From assembly GCA_965218435.1 (NCBI GenBank), contig CBDCKW010000009.1, forward strand, positions 3,168,001 through 3,232,000: a stretch of DNA of 64,000 bases. Direction: 5' to 3'. Position 1 is the first letter of the stretch, and each line of letters begins with the position of its first letter. The position numbers were made by a program, and so were the translations under genes. This stretch comes from Truepera sp. (GTDB lineage Bacteria > Deinococcota > Deinococci > Deinococcales > Trueperaceae). Of this stretch, positions 9,763 to 18,690 are shown in pieces. The notes beneath the pieces are model-generated. The model was not told the origin of the DNA and did no database searches. It saw only the letters and a list, made by a program, of their open reading frames with translations.

Positions 9763-10979
9763 TGGGCGTTCTCCAGGCTGACGAGGGTGTTGGGCGTAGC
9801 GGACGAAGGTTTGATGTTGAGACTGAGGGCTTGATCAGATTGACCGGATTTTGACTGGCCTCGAGCGAGCTTAGCGTCATTAACGGCGTCGTTAACCGCC
9901 TGCTTCATATCAAAGCCGGGGAGCTTTAACGATTCTAGGTAGGCGGTCAGCTGCTCCGCCTCTTCTTGGCTGAGACCTAAGTTCGGCATTGCCACACCGG
10001 GTTTTACGGTATCGGTGTAGCGAAGCCAGCGGATCATATTTTCGGGTGTGTTGGCCAAAATACCGGCAGCGATACTGGTCCGTGAGCCGATAAACGAGAG
10101 GTTGGGGCCGGTCCGGTTATAGGTGTTGACGCCGTTGACCGCGTGGCAGTTGACGCAACCTTTAGAGACGAAAAGCTGTGACCCGGCAACTGCCAGCTCA
10201 GCCTTGGGGGGAGCGGCCGCTTTTTGCGCGGCAGCTTTCCACGCCTGATAATTTTTGGGCGACAGGGCGATCAGCCGGAGGCGCATGTTGGCGTGGGAGT
10301 CGCCGCAAATTTCAGCGCAGTGGCCGTAAAAAATACCTTCACGGTCGGGGGTAAACCAGAGGGTACGCTCGTTGCCGGGAACCAGGTCGGTTTTACCGGC
10401 GACTTGCGGAATCCAAAACGAGTGCATGGTATCGCCCGACGCGAGGTTGAGTTTAACCGGCGTGCCGACCGGCGCGACGACTTCGTTGGCGGTGACGATC
10501 CCCGAGTCTTTATAGGCCATCTCCCACCAGAACTGCCGACCAACAACGTTGATTTCAATCGCATCTTTGGGCGCGGCAAAACCGTCGAGCTGATAGATGG
10601 CGCTCAGGGTCGGTACGAGCAAAATCGCCAAGATAATCAGGGGAATCACGGTCCAGGCGACCTCGAGCTTTAAGTTCCCGTGCGTCTGCGGCGGTTCGAC
10701 GCTGTGGTCGCGGTCGCGGATACCGCCGACAATGCCCGCAATCATAAACGCCGTCACAATCGCCATCACGAAGATGCTAAAACCCATCACCAACCAGAAG
10801 AGTTTAGAGATTTCGCGGGCGTTGGGCGAAGCGGTGTCGAGTACACTAGGTGTCGGAATGTGCGGCATCCCAGGGGCGGAGATACTCGCAAACGCCAGCC
10901 CCGAACACGAGACCACAAGTATGAGCAAAAATAGCCACGGGAGCTTTTGTAAAGGTCGGCTTTGAACGGGTCTTTTCAC
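9759..10979 (-). CDS. coxB: Cytochrome c oxidase subunit II fused to cytochrome c
   Basis: GRQFWW, HSFW, CuA motif CAEICGDSHANM, heme c motif CVNCH, KPGVAMP. Confidence 0.95.
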   Translation of the reverse strand: MKRPVQSRPLQKLPWLFLLILVVSCSGLAFASISAPGMPHIPTPSVLDTASPNAREISKLFWLVMGFSIFVMAIVTAFMIAGIVGGIRDRDHSVEPPQTHGNLKLEVAWTVIPLIILAILLVPTLSAIYQLDGFAAPKDAIEINVVGRQFWWEMAYKDSGIVTANEVVAPVGTPVKLNLASGDTMHSFWIPQVAGKTDLVPGNERTLWFTPDREGIFYGHCAEICGDSHANMRLRLIALSPKNYQAWKAAAQKAAAPPKAELAVAGSQLFVSKGCVNCHAVNGVNTYNRTGPNLSFIGSRTSIAAGILANTPENMIRWLRYTDTVKPGVAMPNLGLSQEEAEQLTAYLESLKLPGFDMKQAVNDAVNDAKLARGQSKSGQSDQALSLNIKPSSATPNTLVSLENAQ

Positions 10980-10987
10980 ATTCTCTC

Positions 10988-11896
10988 CTAGCTAAGGGCG
11001 CGCTCGAGCGCCATCACTAAAAATAGTAGCGCGAGGTAAGACATCGAATACTTGTATAAACTCAGGGCAGTAGGGCGGTCGATAGCTTCGTTGCGCTGCA
11101 CCTTGACAAACAGTCTGGCGACGCGGACGAGGAGTACCAAGTTAAGAAGGAGAGCAGCAATAAAATAACTCAGACCAAATTCGTGCTGGAAAAAGGGGAT
11201 GAGGGTTAGGGCCACCGTCAGCACGGCGTACATCACCATCTGCAAGACCGTCGCCCGCTCGCCGATAATCGAGGGGGCCATCGGTACGCCCACTTTGTCG
11301 TAGTCATCTTTAATCATAATGGCGAGCGCCCAGAAGTGAACCGGCGTCCAAAAAAAGACCAGCGCAAATAAAAACCAGGCCAGCAAGCTCAGGCTACCGG
11401 TTACCGCGGCCCAGCCGACGAGCGGCGGAATCGCCCCCGCTGCGCCGCCGATCACGATATTTTGCCAGGTGCTACGTTTAAGCCACATCGTGTAGATGAT
11501 GACGTAAAAGGCGATCCCTGCCCACGACAACAGCGCGGCCAACACGTTCGAGGTAAGTGCAATCACTAAAAACGAGCCGATGGTCAGCGCGACGCCGAAG
11601 ATGAGGGCGTCACGGCTCGAGATCACCGTCGTCACCGTCGGCCGCTGCGCCGTTCGTTTCATTCGCACGTCAATATCGCGGTCGTAAACCATGTTAAAAA
11701 CGCCCGCGGCCCCCGCCGACATATAACCGCCTACGACAACACCTAAAAGCGCCAGCCAGCCGGGAAACCCGCTCGCTGCGATAAACATCGCGCCCACGGT
11801 CGTTAAGAGTAAGAGGCTGATCACTTTGGGTTTGGTCAGCGTGACGTAATCGCGCCACGACGCTCTGGGCCTGCTCACTATCACATTCTCAATCAT
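10988..11896 (-). CDS. ctaB: Heme o synthase (protoheme IX farnesyltransferase)
   Basis: LTKPKV, NMVYDRDID..MKRT..RP, QNIVIGGAAGAIPPLVGWAA, FWTPVHFWALA. Confidence 0.95.
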   Translation of the reverse strand: MIENVIVSRPRASWRDYVTLTKPKVISLLLLTTVGAMFIAASGFPGWLALLGVVVGGYMSAGAAGVFNMVYDRDIDVRMKRTAQRPTVTTVISSRDALIFGVALTIGSFLVIALTSNVLAALLSWAGIAFYVIIYTMWLKRSTWQNIVIGGAAGAIPPLVGWAAVTGSLSLLAWFLFALVFFWTPVHFWALAIMIKDDYDKVGVPMAPSIIGERATVLQMVMYAVLTVALTLIPFFQHEFGLSYFIAALLLNLVLLVRVARLFVKVQRNEAIDRPTALSLYKYSMSYLALLFLVMALERALS

Positions 11897-11902
11897 TTTT
11901 AG

Positions 11903-12874
11903 TCACGTTCTCATCCCTTCGTGCCAAGACGGTGCCACTTTAACAGCCGCAGTGCGCGGCAAACCGAGTGTGTAGGCCGTGAGCGCCGACAGGAGCGCGA
12001 ACGCCAGAACTGCCATAAACAGGTGCAGCAGTTGCAAACCAATCGGCCCTAAAAAGGCCAGGTTGAGCGTACCGACCAGCAGCTGCGCGACGTAGACCCC
12101 GAAAAGAATCCGGGCGATGTGGCGGGCTTCCGCGACCGGTTTAAGCCACCAGCTAAGTCCTAAACTGAGGAACAGATAAAGCCCGACTGAAATAGCGATC
12201 AGCGGGTGCAGCACCCGCAGCCGGATCAGCAGATGCGAGGCCGGGTCAAAATCCGCGCGAAACCCTGCGGCGAGACTTTCAGACGGAAACATCGTGTTGC
12301 CCATCGCAGCAATACCCCCGGTAAAGATTAGGAGCAGCATCCCGATCAGACCGACCGAAAGGGTAATGCCGACGAGACTTTGACCGCGCAGACTCGGCGC
12401 GCGCGGCGCACCTTTACGGGCGTACACGAGTGTCAGGGTCAGTGCGCCGATTAAGAGCACCGAGTTGACGAGGTGCGTTGCGACCAGAACGCCGCGGCCA
12501 AAGGTCGCGTTATCGCCGGTCAGCCCGAGGAGCACCGTCGCTGCGCCGAGCAAGGCTTCAAAAATCAAAAAGATAAATGACGCGGTGGCGGCTCCGAAAA
12601 GGGCAGGCGAATCGCGGCGGACGCGGAAGGCGCGGCTTAGGAGCCAACCACCTAGCACCAGGGCGCTGAGTGAAAGCAGCCGGTGCGAGTATTCGACCAG
12701 CGTTTCGGTGGTGGGCGCGAGCGGCACGACCTCACCGTTACAAAGCGGCCAGTGACTGCCACAGCCAGCGCCCGAACCCGTAGCGCGTACGACGGCACCT
12801 TGTAAGATAATCAGCAAATTGACGCCCAAAGTCAGCCACGCCAGCTTAACCGTCGAAAAGTTTATCTTTGGCAC
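11903..12874 (-). CDS. ctaA: Heme a synthase (COX15/CtaA)
   Basis: GAVVRATGSGAGCGSHWPLCNG, EYSHR, multiple TM helices with conserved His. Confidence 0.9.
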   Translation of the reverse strand: MPKINFSTVKLAWLTLGVNLLIILQGAVVRATGSGAGCGSHWPLCNGEVVPLAPTTETLVEYSHRLLSLSALVLGGWLLSRAFRVRRDSPALFGAATASFIFLIFEALLGAATVLLGLTGDNATFGRGVLVATHLVNSVLLIGALTLTLVYARKGAPRAPSLRGQSLVGITLSVGLIGMLLLIFTGGIAAMGNTMFPSESLAAGFRADFDPASHLLIRLRVLHPLIAISVGLYLFLSLGLSWWLKPVAEARHIARILFGVYVAQLLVGTLNLAFLGPIGLQLLHLFMAVLAFALLSALTAYTLGLPRTAAVKVAPSWHEGMRT

Positions 12875-12908
12875 CTACCGCCTCCGTTATATCGCTAATC
12901 GCTGCGTC

Positions 12909-12968
12909 GCGTCTCTATACATAGCGTCTCTATACATAGCATCTCTACACACAGCGTCTTTGCACATA
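12909..12968. repeat. 15-bp tandem repeat x4 upstream of the caa3 operon
   Basis: GCGTCTCTATACATA GCGTCTCTATACATA GCATCTCTACACACA GCGTCTTTGCACATA. Confidence 0.9.
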
Positions 12969-13229
12969 GATTGCAGCTATCTCAGACAGCGTGTCTAGGA
13001 CTATAAGTATAAAAGCTGCGCCTCATAAAACTCAGCGGACAAACGTCCCAAAAGTCCCAGCGGCACGCGCCAGCGTACCATCCACAGAAGTTACCGAACC
13101 GTGCCGCACAGTCTCAATAAGCTTCAGCAGTCTAGGTGCGTAGCCAAAGGTAGCGGAGCGGTATAAAGGCGGAGCGGGGGCACAGTGAGAGCGTAGTAAG
13201 ATATACTAGGCCCAAACAGGAGGCCACGT

Positions 13230-13748
13230 ATGGCGATACCACTACTGCTTTCATCCGTCGCTGCAGGACTTATTGCAACCGCTGTGATGGTGTTCTTTCT
13301 CTATTTACCGCTGCTCTGGCAGGGCAACTATTACGACGTTTTGGGGGCGCTCGGTTCCGCGATTACTCGGCACCTAGACGGCCGCGCCCGTTTTTTAGGC
13401 TCGCTTATCTATTTTGGCGGCGGTGTCTTTTTTGCCATTTTTTACGGTTGGGTTGTGCTCGCGCTGATGCGCGTTCCCCAACCGGTACCCCAAATTATTG
13501 TCTTGTCGGGTTTACCTACGCAGATCAACCTGTTTTATCCGATTTTGGGGATCGCGTTAGGTTTGGGACACGGGATTTTGGTGGCGTTTATTATGACCAT
13601 TATTGTGATTGAGCACCACCCGCTCGAGCAGTTTCGCACCCGTTTTATCTTGGTTATTTCACAGCTTATCAGCCACGTCGCCTTCGGTATTACCGTGATG
13701 TTTTTCCAGTCGCAGTTTTTGCAGCTGTTTTCTCAAGTCCGAGCTTAA
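13230..13748 (+). CDS. Hypothetical membrane protein (about 4 TM) with His residues
   Basis: AGGAGG RBS; hydrophobic segments; GHG, EHHP, SHVAFG. Confidence 0.8.
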   Translation: MAIPLLLSSVAAGLIATAVMVFFLYLPLLWQGNYYDVLGALGSAITRHLDGRARFLGSLIYFGGGVFFAIFYGWVVLALMRVPQPVPQIIVLSGLPTQINLFYPILGIALGLGHGILVAFIMTIIVIEHHPLEQFRTRFILVISQLISHVAFGITVMFFQSQFLQLFSQVRA

Positions 13749-13772
13749 CCGCTCCTATTCCCAGCGGCTTTG

Positions 13773-13801
13773 AGGCGGCGCTCAGGTGCTGAGCGCCGCC
13801 T
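13773..13801. terminator. GC-rich hairpin
   Basis: AGGCGGCGCTCAG-gtg-CTGAGCGCCGCCT followed by TATCTTT. Confidence 0.55.
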
Positions 13802-13908
13802 TATCTTTGGCCTTGGCTGCGTGAACCAAGGCTCTACAAGCGGACTCGGCAAATTCACGAGGACTCGAGCCCACTTGCTTCACGCCTGAGGCTATACTGT
13901 CCTGAACC

Positions 13909-14376
13909 ATGAGGCTTTCGGCAACCGACATCTACGCGTTTCAAGCTTTGGGTTTTTTGGGAACGCAGCCCTCTGAAAAGTGGGTAGGGAGCGACGACAT
14001 CAGCCAAGCGACCGGTATCGCGCGGCCCTACCTGATGCGTGTACTCGCCCAGCTTGTCAGCAAAGGCATCGTCAGCTCAAAAAAAGGAACCGGCGGCGGT
14101 TACGCGCTTAGCACGAACGCGAAAGATATAAACTTGCGGGACGTCATGCGGGCGATTGACGGACCGGTTGCGCCGCTCTCTTGTGTCAGCCTCAACTGGC
14201 ACGTTGCGTGCCCCGAAGAAGACCGTTGCCACGCCCGCAGCGCCGTCTGGGAACGGGTGCGTGACGCGCTGCTAGCGGCTCTTTCAGAAGTAAGCGTCGC
14301 CGACCTCGCCGCAGATTTTGAACAAGGCGTAACCTACACGCCCTGTTTGACACACCTACTCAAACCCAATGTCTGA
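13909..14376 (+). CDS. Rrf2 family transcriptional regulator (IscR/NsrR-like, 3 Cys)
   Basis: [11 protein letters not shown]...[15 protein letters not shown]...CPEEDRC cluster ligands. Confidence 0.92.
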   Translation: MRLSATDIYAFQALGFLGTQPSEKWVGSDDISQATGIARPYLMRVLAQLVSKGIVSSKKGTGGGYALSTNAKDINLRDVMRAIDGPVAPLSCVSLNWHVACPEEDRCHARSAVWERVRDALLAALSEVSVADLAADFEQGVTYTPCLTHLLKPNV

Positions 14377-14381
14377 AGGGA

Positions 14382-14969
14382 TTAGTCCGACTCAGCGGCA
14401 GTGATGCGCTCGATCCGCCTGTCCGGGACGAGCCAGAGCAGTGCGACTAAAACATACAAACTCAGGGCAAACCAAGCTGCGACAAAAGCCGAAAGAACAG
14501 CAACGATGTAAGCGATAGACGACGCTTTGCCTTTCCAGTCGGCAGAGACGGCCCGAGCCAGTAGCGAACCGGACCCTTCCGAACGGATAATGGTCTGTTG
14601 CAGCACCAGATAGGCAAAAGAAGCCATCAGTAATACCGCACCGTAAAGCGTAGTAGGTACGGCGGCAAAGTGATGTTCACCCATCCAGGCAGTTGTAAAC
14701 GGAATAAGCGAAAGCCAAAAAAGCAGGTGCAAGTTAGCCCAGAGGGTAGCGCCCGTAACTTTGTGTGTAACATGCAGCATATGATGATGGTTGTTCCAGT
14801 AGATACCGATATTGATGAAGCTCAGCGCGTAGCTCAAAAAAACTGGCAGCAGCGGGCGCAGGTCAGCCAAGGCAACCCCTTCAGGGACACGCAGCTCGAG
14901 CACCATAATCGTGATGATAATAGCGAGTACGCCGTCGCTAAACGCCTCGAGCCGTCCTGTCCCTAACAT
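14382..14969 (-). CDS. TMEM175 family potassium channel
   Basis: RLEAFSDGVLAIIITIMVLEL, YWNNHH. Confidence 0.92.
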   Translation of the reverse strand: MLGTGRLEAFSDGVLAIIITIMVLELRVPEGVALADLRPLLPVFLSYALSFINIGIYWNNHHHMLHVTHKVTGATLWANLHLLFWLSLIPFTTAWMGEHHFAAVPTTLYGAVLLMASFAYLVLQQTIIRSEGSGSLLARAVSADWKGKASSIAYIVAVLSAFVAAWFALSLYVLVALLWLVPDRRIERITAAESD

Positions 14970-15000
14970 CTGGTGTCCATAGAGCAGTCTAACTCGGTAC

Positions 15001-15414
15001 TTAGAGAGGTTTATCGCCTAAAGGCTGCGAAAACCGCAGCAGATAGCCGTCCGGGTCTTGCACCCAAAACTCGCGTGAACCGCTCAGCATGTCACCCGTT
15101 TCACGCCACACGTCTTTAAGGTCGCGCTGCATCGCCGTACCGTTCGCTAAAAGCCGCTCGTAAACAGGCGTAATGTCTGAAAGTTCCATCTGCAGGTTGA
15201 TGCCGCGCCCGTAGGGGGGCTCGAGCGGTTTACCTAACCAGCTCTTATCACTTTGCAACAGCATCAGCTGCAGCTCTTCTTGCTCGAGGTAAACGAACTC
15301 CGGGTCGTGTCTGGCGTATAAGACGTTAAACCCTAAAATATGGCTATAGAACTCTAAGCTCCTGGAGAAATCCGAAACATAAAGCTCAGGGACCATCTTC
15401 CGCCAGGTGATCAC
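15001..15414 (-). CDS. VOC/glyoxalase (bleomycin resistance-like) protein
   Basis: VPELYVSD..RSLEFY..LGF, PYGRGINLQ, REFWVQDPDGYLLRF. Confidence 0.9.
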   Translation of the reverse strand: MITWRKMVPELYVSDFSRSLEFYSHILGFNVLYARHDPEFVYLEQEELQLMLLQSDKSWLGKPLEPPYGRGINLQMELSDITPVYERLLANGTAMQRDLKDVWRETGDMLSGSREFWVQDPDGYLLRFSQPLGDKPL

Positions 15415-15788
15415 TGACCACGCTGCGCGTCATAAACGTGCCGTGCTTCAAACACCGCGCGGATATTCTCTTCAGCCCAACCGCCTAAGCGGAAGATAAT
15501 GTCTTCCAAACTCACGCCTAGCTCGGTCAGTTCGTACTCGGTGTGGGGCGGTACCACCGGATAAGAGGTGCGTTTGACCAGACCGTTGCGTTCTAGTTCG
15601 CGCAGCGTTTGGGTCAACATCTTTTGTGAAATCCCCTCGACCGTGTGCTGAAGCTCGCTGTAACGCTGTTTGCCCCCTCGCAAAGCGTAGAGGATGAGAA
15701 CCTGCCACTTCCCGGCCAGCATCTCGAGCACGCTGTTCGACGGGCAGCCCTTGCTCATGACGTTGGGCGCTTGTTGGATTATGTCCAT
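15411..15788 (-). CDS. HxlR family winged-helix regulator
   Basis: CPS...LAGKWQVLIL...RYSELQ...GISQKMLTQTLRELE...YPVVPPHTEYELTELG; true start is probably the ATG at 15788. Confidence 0.92.
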   Translation of the reverse strand: MDIIQQAPNVMSKGCPSNSVLEMLAGKWQVLILYALRGGKQRYSELQHTVEGISQKMLTQTLRELERNGLVKRTSYPVVPPHTEYELTELGVSLEDIIFRLGGWAEENIRAVFEARHVYDAQRGQ

Positions 15789-15819
15789 CACCCAGATATA
15801 ACACATTTTGACCTCTAAC

Positions 15820-15864
15820 GCACCAGAAAGTATGTACTTTACTTTTAGGGCGCACAAAAGTATG
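15820..15864. promoter_or_regulatory. Probable HxlR-family operator between divergent genes
   Basis: Palindrome AAAGTA-tg-TACTTT (15827-15840) and a repeated GCAC...AAAGTATG element. Confidence 0.55.
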
Positions 15865-15903
15865 CTTCCGTCGTCTGTACTTAGTACGACGAGGAGGAAA
15901 AAC

Positions 15904-16749
15904 ATGATTTTAGTTACCACCCCAAACGGCAAAGTCGGCAGTGAAATCGCCAATGCCCTGCTCGAGCAGGGTCAAAAAGTACGGCTCGGCGCACATACCG
16001 TTGACAAAGCGCAAACCGCGTTTCCACAAGCCGAGGTCGTCCCCTTTGACTTTGCCGACGAAGCTACGGTGAGAGCGGCCCTCGAGGGTATTGAGGCGCT
16101 CTATCTGGCGTCTCCCACAGACGCCCAAGCTGCGCCCGTCAACCGCGTGATTGACCTGGCAAAAGAGGCTGGGGTCGAGCGTATTGTGCAGCTTTCCGCG
16201 ATTTCCGCGATGGGCGTAGAAGCCAGCGAGAACCCATTACACGACGTCGAGAAACACCTGAAAGCATCGGGGATGGGGTACACGCTGCTAAAGCCGAACT
16301 GGTTTATGCAAAACTACAGCACCCACTACGCTGAGAGCATCCGCACGCAAAGCACGTTTGCCGAGCCCGCCGGAGACGCGAAGACAGGTTTTATTGACGC
16401 TCGTGATATCGCCGCAGTTGGCGTCAAAGCCTTGACCGAAGAGGGGCATAACACCCAAGCCTATGACCTGACCGGCGCTAGAGCCTATACCCGTAGTGAG
16501 GTTGCCGAAGTGCTCTCACAAGCGACCGATAAAACGGTGACTTACACCGCCATTACCGACGCGCAGTTTCAAGCAGAGATGACCTCGGCAGGTGCGCCCG
16601 CCGCTTACGTCAGGCTGATGACGGATTTGTATCAGGTCGTAAGGGCGGGCCACATTGCGGGCGTGACGCATACCGTTGAGCAAGTAACCGGGCGTGCCCC
16701 TATCTCTTTAGAGCAGTTTGCCCGTGACCACAAAGACGTTTGGTTATAG
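15904..16749 (+). CDS. NmrA-like/atypical SDR NAD(P)-dependent oxidoreductase
   Basis: AGGAGG RBS; MILVTTPNGKVG, LKPNWFMQN, FIDARDIA; divergent from the HxlR gene. Confidence 0.9.
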   Translation: MILVTTPNGKVGSEIANALLEQGQKVRLGAHTVDKAQTAFPQAEVVPFDFADEATVRAALEGIEALYLASPTDAQAAPVNRVIDLAKEAGVERIVQLSAISAMGVEASENPLHDVEKHLKASGMGYTLLKPNWFMQNYSTHYAESIRTQSTFAEPAGDAKTGFIDARDIAAVGVKALTEEGHNTQAYDLTGARAYTRSEVAEVLSQATDKTVTYTAITDAQFQAEMTSAGAPAAYVRLMTDLYQVVRAGHIAGVTHTVEQVTGRAPISLEQFARDHKDVWL

Positions 16750-16753
16750 ACAA

Positions 16754-17209
16754 CTACCGCTTCTGAGTCTTTAAGGGCGCTTCCATCAGCGGAGCCGGGT
16801 GCGCGGTGCAGTAGTAGCTGCTGACCTGCGCGGCTAACTTCGGCGTCAGGGTAAAGGTGATACCTTCATCATCTGCGACGAAGTTGACGTTTGGGTCAGT
16901 CTCAAAAGGCCGGTCTTGAGGGTGCTGATTGAGGAGCGAGTCACCGTTTTTGCCACGAACGGCAAACGGGTGAATCTGCAGCGTTCCCAGATTGACAAAG
17001 TGATACCGCTCTCCGACCGTCAGCGTGATGAGTGTGTTTTGAGTGCCCAGTTTGGCGACGCCTTCCGCTCCCTCGATACGTTTGACGACCCAGGCGCTCG
17101 AGTCCACATTTTGCATTGTCATGGTCACGTCAGCTTGCGCCAAAGCTGCACCTGACATAAGCGAACAAAAAAGCAGGGCAACAACACCCTGCTTAAACCC
17201 AAAGTTCAC
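16754..17209 (-). CDS. Secreted cupredoxin-like (blue copper) protein
   Basis: Signal peptide ending ALA-QA; HPF and YYCTAHPAPLM give His...Cys-x2-His-x4-Met type-1 copper ligands. Confidence 0.65.
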   Translation of the reverse strand: MNFGFKQGVVALLFCSLMSGAALAQADVTMTMQNVDSSAWVVKRIEGAEGVAKLGTQNTLITLTVGERYHFVNLGTLQIHPFAVRGKNGDSLLNQHPQDRPFETDPNVNFVADDEGITFTLTPKLAAQVSSYYCTAHPAPLMEAPLKTQKR

Positions 17210-17212
17210 GTG

Positions 17213-18652
17213 CTAGCCCTCGACCGACATCAGGTAAGGGTCTTCGATGGTTTCACAGACCAGCCGTAAAAACCGCGCCGCGTCTGCGCCGTCAATCAAG
17301 CGGTGGTCATATGAAAGCGACAAAGGCATCATCGTCCGTGGTTTGAACTCGCTCGCAGCGTCGTCCCACACAGGTTCGACCGCGCCCCTGGAGACACCTA
17401 AAATCGCTACGTCCGGCGGGTTGACAATCGGCGTAAACCCGGTGCCGCCGATGCCGCCCAAGTTTGAAATGCTGAAGTTGCCGCCCTGCATGTCTTCGGG
17501 GCCGAGTTTGCGCGCCCTGGCTTTTTCAGCGATGTCGCCCAGCTCTTTGGCCAACTGGATGATGCCTTTTTTATCGACATCGCGGATGACCGGAACAAGT
17601 AAGCCACGTTCGGTATCTACCGCCACGCCTAAGTTGACGTACTCTTTGTAGACGACTTCGTTGGTTTCCAAGTCTAGACTCGCGTTAAACTTCGGAAACT
17701 TTTTCAGCGCCCCCACGACCATCTTGAGGAGCACCGCCGTCGGTGTGAGTTTGGTTCCCGCGGCTTCGGCCCTCGCTTTGTAGCGTTTGCGGAGCTTCTC
17801 GAACTCACCCGTATCAGCTTTGTCAAACTGCGTGACCATCGGGACACTTGTCCAGGCGGTCGTCATCGCCCGTACCGTCGCTTTACGAATACCCGACATC
17901 GGCTCACGGGTGACCGTGCCGTACTTGCTGAAGTCCGGGAGCGGCACAACTTGTGGTGCTGTAGCAGGGGCTTGCGGTGCAGATGGTTGCGCTGCTCCCT
18001 GAGACGCACCTTGAGACGCGCCCTGTGGTTTGCCGCTCGAGGCAAAACTCTTCACATCTTCAGCCGAGATGCGGCCCATAATGCCTGAGCCCGCAACCTC
18101 ACCCAAGTTCACGCCCATCTCACGGGCCAAACGCCGTACCGACGGGGCCGCCGGGATGCTCTCTTTTTCCTCTATCGGCGTGTCGTAAGAGTCCGGCGAC
18201 TTCTCCGCGGATTCGGCGTTTTTGGCATTGGCCGCGTCGTCAATCTCAGCCTCTTCGGTGTCTATCGTTTCGTCTTTGCCCTCGCCCTGAGCTTCTTCGG
18301 CGGGCAGTTCTTCAGCTGCCGCATCTACCGCACCCACATTAGCAGAATCCTCAGCGCCGTCTGTAGCCTCAGCGTTCGTGTCAGCAGTTTCCTCGGCGGT
18401 ATCGCCAGCCGCGCCTTTATCGCCGACGACGAGCACCACCTGTCCGACCGAAGCTTCTTCGTTCTCTTTAACTTGAATCTCTTGCACGACGCCCGCGACC
18501 GATGACGGCACCTCGACGACGGCTTTGTCGGTCTCGAGCTCTAAGACCGGTTGCTCTTTTTCGATGGTGTCACCGACCGCGACCAACACCCCAACGACGG
18601 TGCCACTCGTAATACCCTCGCCTACCTCGGGCAGTTTGAATTCAGTTGCCAT
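17213..18652 (-). CDS. aceF: Pyruvate dehydrogenase E2, dihydrolipoamide acetyltransferase
   Basis: One lipoyl domain (ETDKA), E3-binding domain (AAPSVRRLARE), catalytic SYDHRLIDGA. Confidence 0.95.
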   Translation of the reverse strand: MATEFKLPEVGEGITSGTVVGVLVAVGDTIEKEQPVLELETDKAVVEVPSSVAGVVQEIQVKENEEASVGQVVLVVGDKGAAGDTAEETADTNAEATDGAEDSANVGAVDAAAEELPAEEAQGEGKDETIDTEEAEIDDAANAKNAESAEKSPDSYDTPIEEKESIPAAPSVRRLAREMGVNLGEVAGSGIMGRISAEDVKSFASSGKPQGASQGASQGAAQPSAPQAPATAPQVVPLPDFSKYGTVTREPMSGIRKATVRAMTTAWTSVPMVTQFDKADTGEFEKLRKRYKARAEAAGTKLTPTAVLLKMVVGALKKFPKFNASLDLETNEVVYKEYVNLGVAVDTERGLLVPVIRDVDKKGIIQLAKELGDIAEKARARKLGPEDMQGGNFSISNLGGIGGTGFTPIVNPPDVAILGVSRGAVEPVWDDAASEFKPRTMMPLSLSYDHRLIDGADAARFLRLVCETIEDPYLMSVEG

Positions 18653-18690
18653 GCGTTCCTTTCACGCGCCTCGTCAGGTCAGATATTGAC

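Noticed and set aside
7117..10979. Subunit I/III and II/cytochrome c fusions as a novelty
   Set aside because: This is the known caa3 architecture of Thermus and relatives.
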